Shown piece by piece: positions 62,817 to 64,000 of a stretch of DNA of 64,000 nucleotides (position 1 is its first letter; every line of letters begins with the position of its first letter). Source of the DNA: the human T2T-CHM13v2.0 reference genome, Homo sapiens. Under the pieces are notes generated by a model. The model did no database searches and was not told the DNA's origin. It saw only the letters and a program-made list of their open reading frames with translations. The stretch is taken from the NCBI RefSeq assembly GCF_009914755.1, contig NC_060934.1; one strand, written 5' to 3'. Made by a program: the position numbers and the translations under genes.

Positions 62817-63057
62817 TCAGGAGGCTGAGATGGGAGGATTGATTGACCCTGGGAAGTAAAGGCTGCAGTGAGCCAAGACCGTGCCACTACATTCCAGCCC
62901 AGGTAACAGAGGGAGACTGTCTTAAAATAAAAAAAAAAGGCCGGGCGCAGTGGTTCACGCCTGTAATCCCAGCACTTTGGGAGGCCGAGGCGGGCGGATC
63001 ATGAGGTCAGGAGATCGAGACCATCCTGGCTAATAAGGTGAAACCCCGTCTCTACTA

Positions 63058-63216
<159 letters not shown>

Positions 63217-64000
63217 TCAAAAAAAAAAAAAAAATTTAATTTACACAAAACAAACATAGTTCATGCTTCTCAGTTTTACTTAGATAACCAAGAATTCTAT
63301 AGAGAATTTTCTTAGAAAGCAAATATTTAGATATCCAATAAATTGAAGAAGGAAATTAATCAAACTATGATTTACATTTTGAAGTTAACAGTCTGTAGAG
63401 ACTATTTTCTCCATTTAAAATAAATGATCCAAAACAAAAATGATTATCATTTACATGATAGCTACTGTGACAAATAATACTAACTCTACAGTTTGTTTCT
63501 CCAGAGCATGAAATGTCATTAACCACCTTAGGTTTCATGAAATTCTTCGGAGAAACCATCTAAGACAAGTTAAAAATAGTCCTTTTAGCTCATGTAACAG
63601 CTTTAGCTGTAAGTCAATATAGCAAGACCCCATCTAAAAAAAACTTTCTTAAACCTTTTATTATCAAAATTAAAAAGTCAAATCTTTTAAGTAGGGAAAC
63701 ATTTTTTTCCTCATACCCAACATAATAATGAACTACCATAATTAATTTTTCAATGTCTTGTCTCGTGCATAATATGCAATATAAATTCCAACTTTTTTTA
63801 AGCCTTGTTCTAGCAAATTTCCTCATTTTTTTCAATACAAGAATTACTACTTTATTCTTAAAATTTTCTTGCACTTCTTGCAAAAATAAAATCTCCAATT
63901 GAACAAAATTAAATACAGTAATATTCTTTGCCTTGAAGCAATGGTGAATTAGAGCAACAATCTCAATGGAAAAAGATCTTGGAATCCAGATCACTTAAGA

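Overview
Human (primate) genomic DNA, very Alu-dense, holding two tandem minus-strand genes: the 3' part of DNA2 (nuclease/helicase; 15 coding exons, 61650->30267, then a ~1 kb 3'UTR) and, ~6.8 kb downstream, the CpG-island promoter and first 8 exons of RUFY2 (22415->1275, continuing past the left edge). I walked every exon junction by hand and both reading frames join cleanly. Exon and residue numbers follow my recollection of the reference genes. DNA2 intron 14 carries a processed pseudogene whose diagnostic residues point to RPL26L1, nested in Alus and an old L1. I found no new gene system, CRISPR array, tRNA or rRNA. The best leads are RNA-processing features (a U12 AT-AC terminal intron in DNA2 with a nearby U2 donor and a read-through C-terminus, a 78-nt stop-free in-frame intron, an AG|GTAAGA recursive-splice-type exon, clustered miR-200b/c/429 seed sites between alternative poly(A) hexamers, and an overlapping uORF plus alternative first exons in RUFY2) and several structural scars (a probably co-mobilised AluY-AluS pair, an AluYa5 re-using an old target site, a 29-bp perfect inverted repeat, local duplications). 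Repeat boundaries and subfamily names are by eye and approximate.
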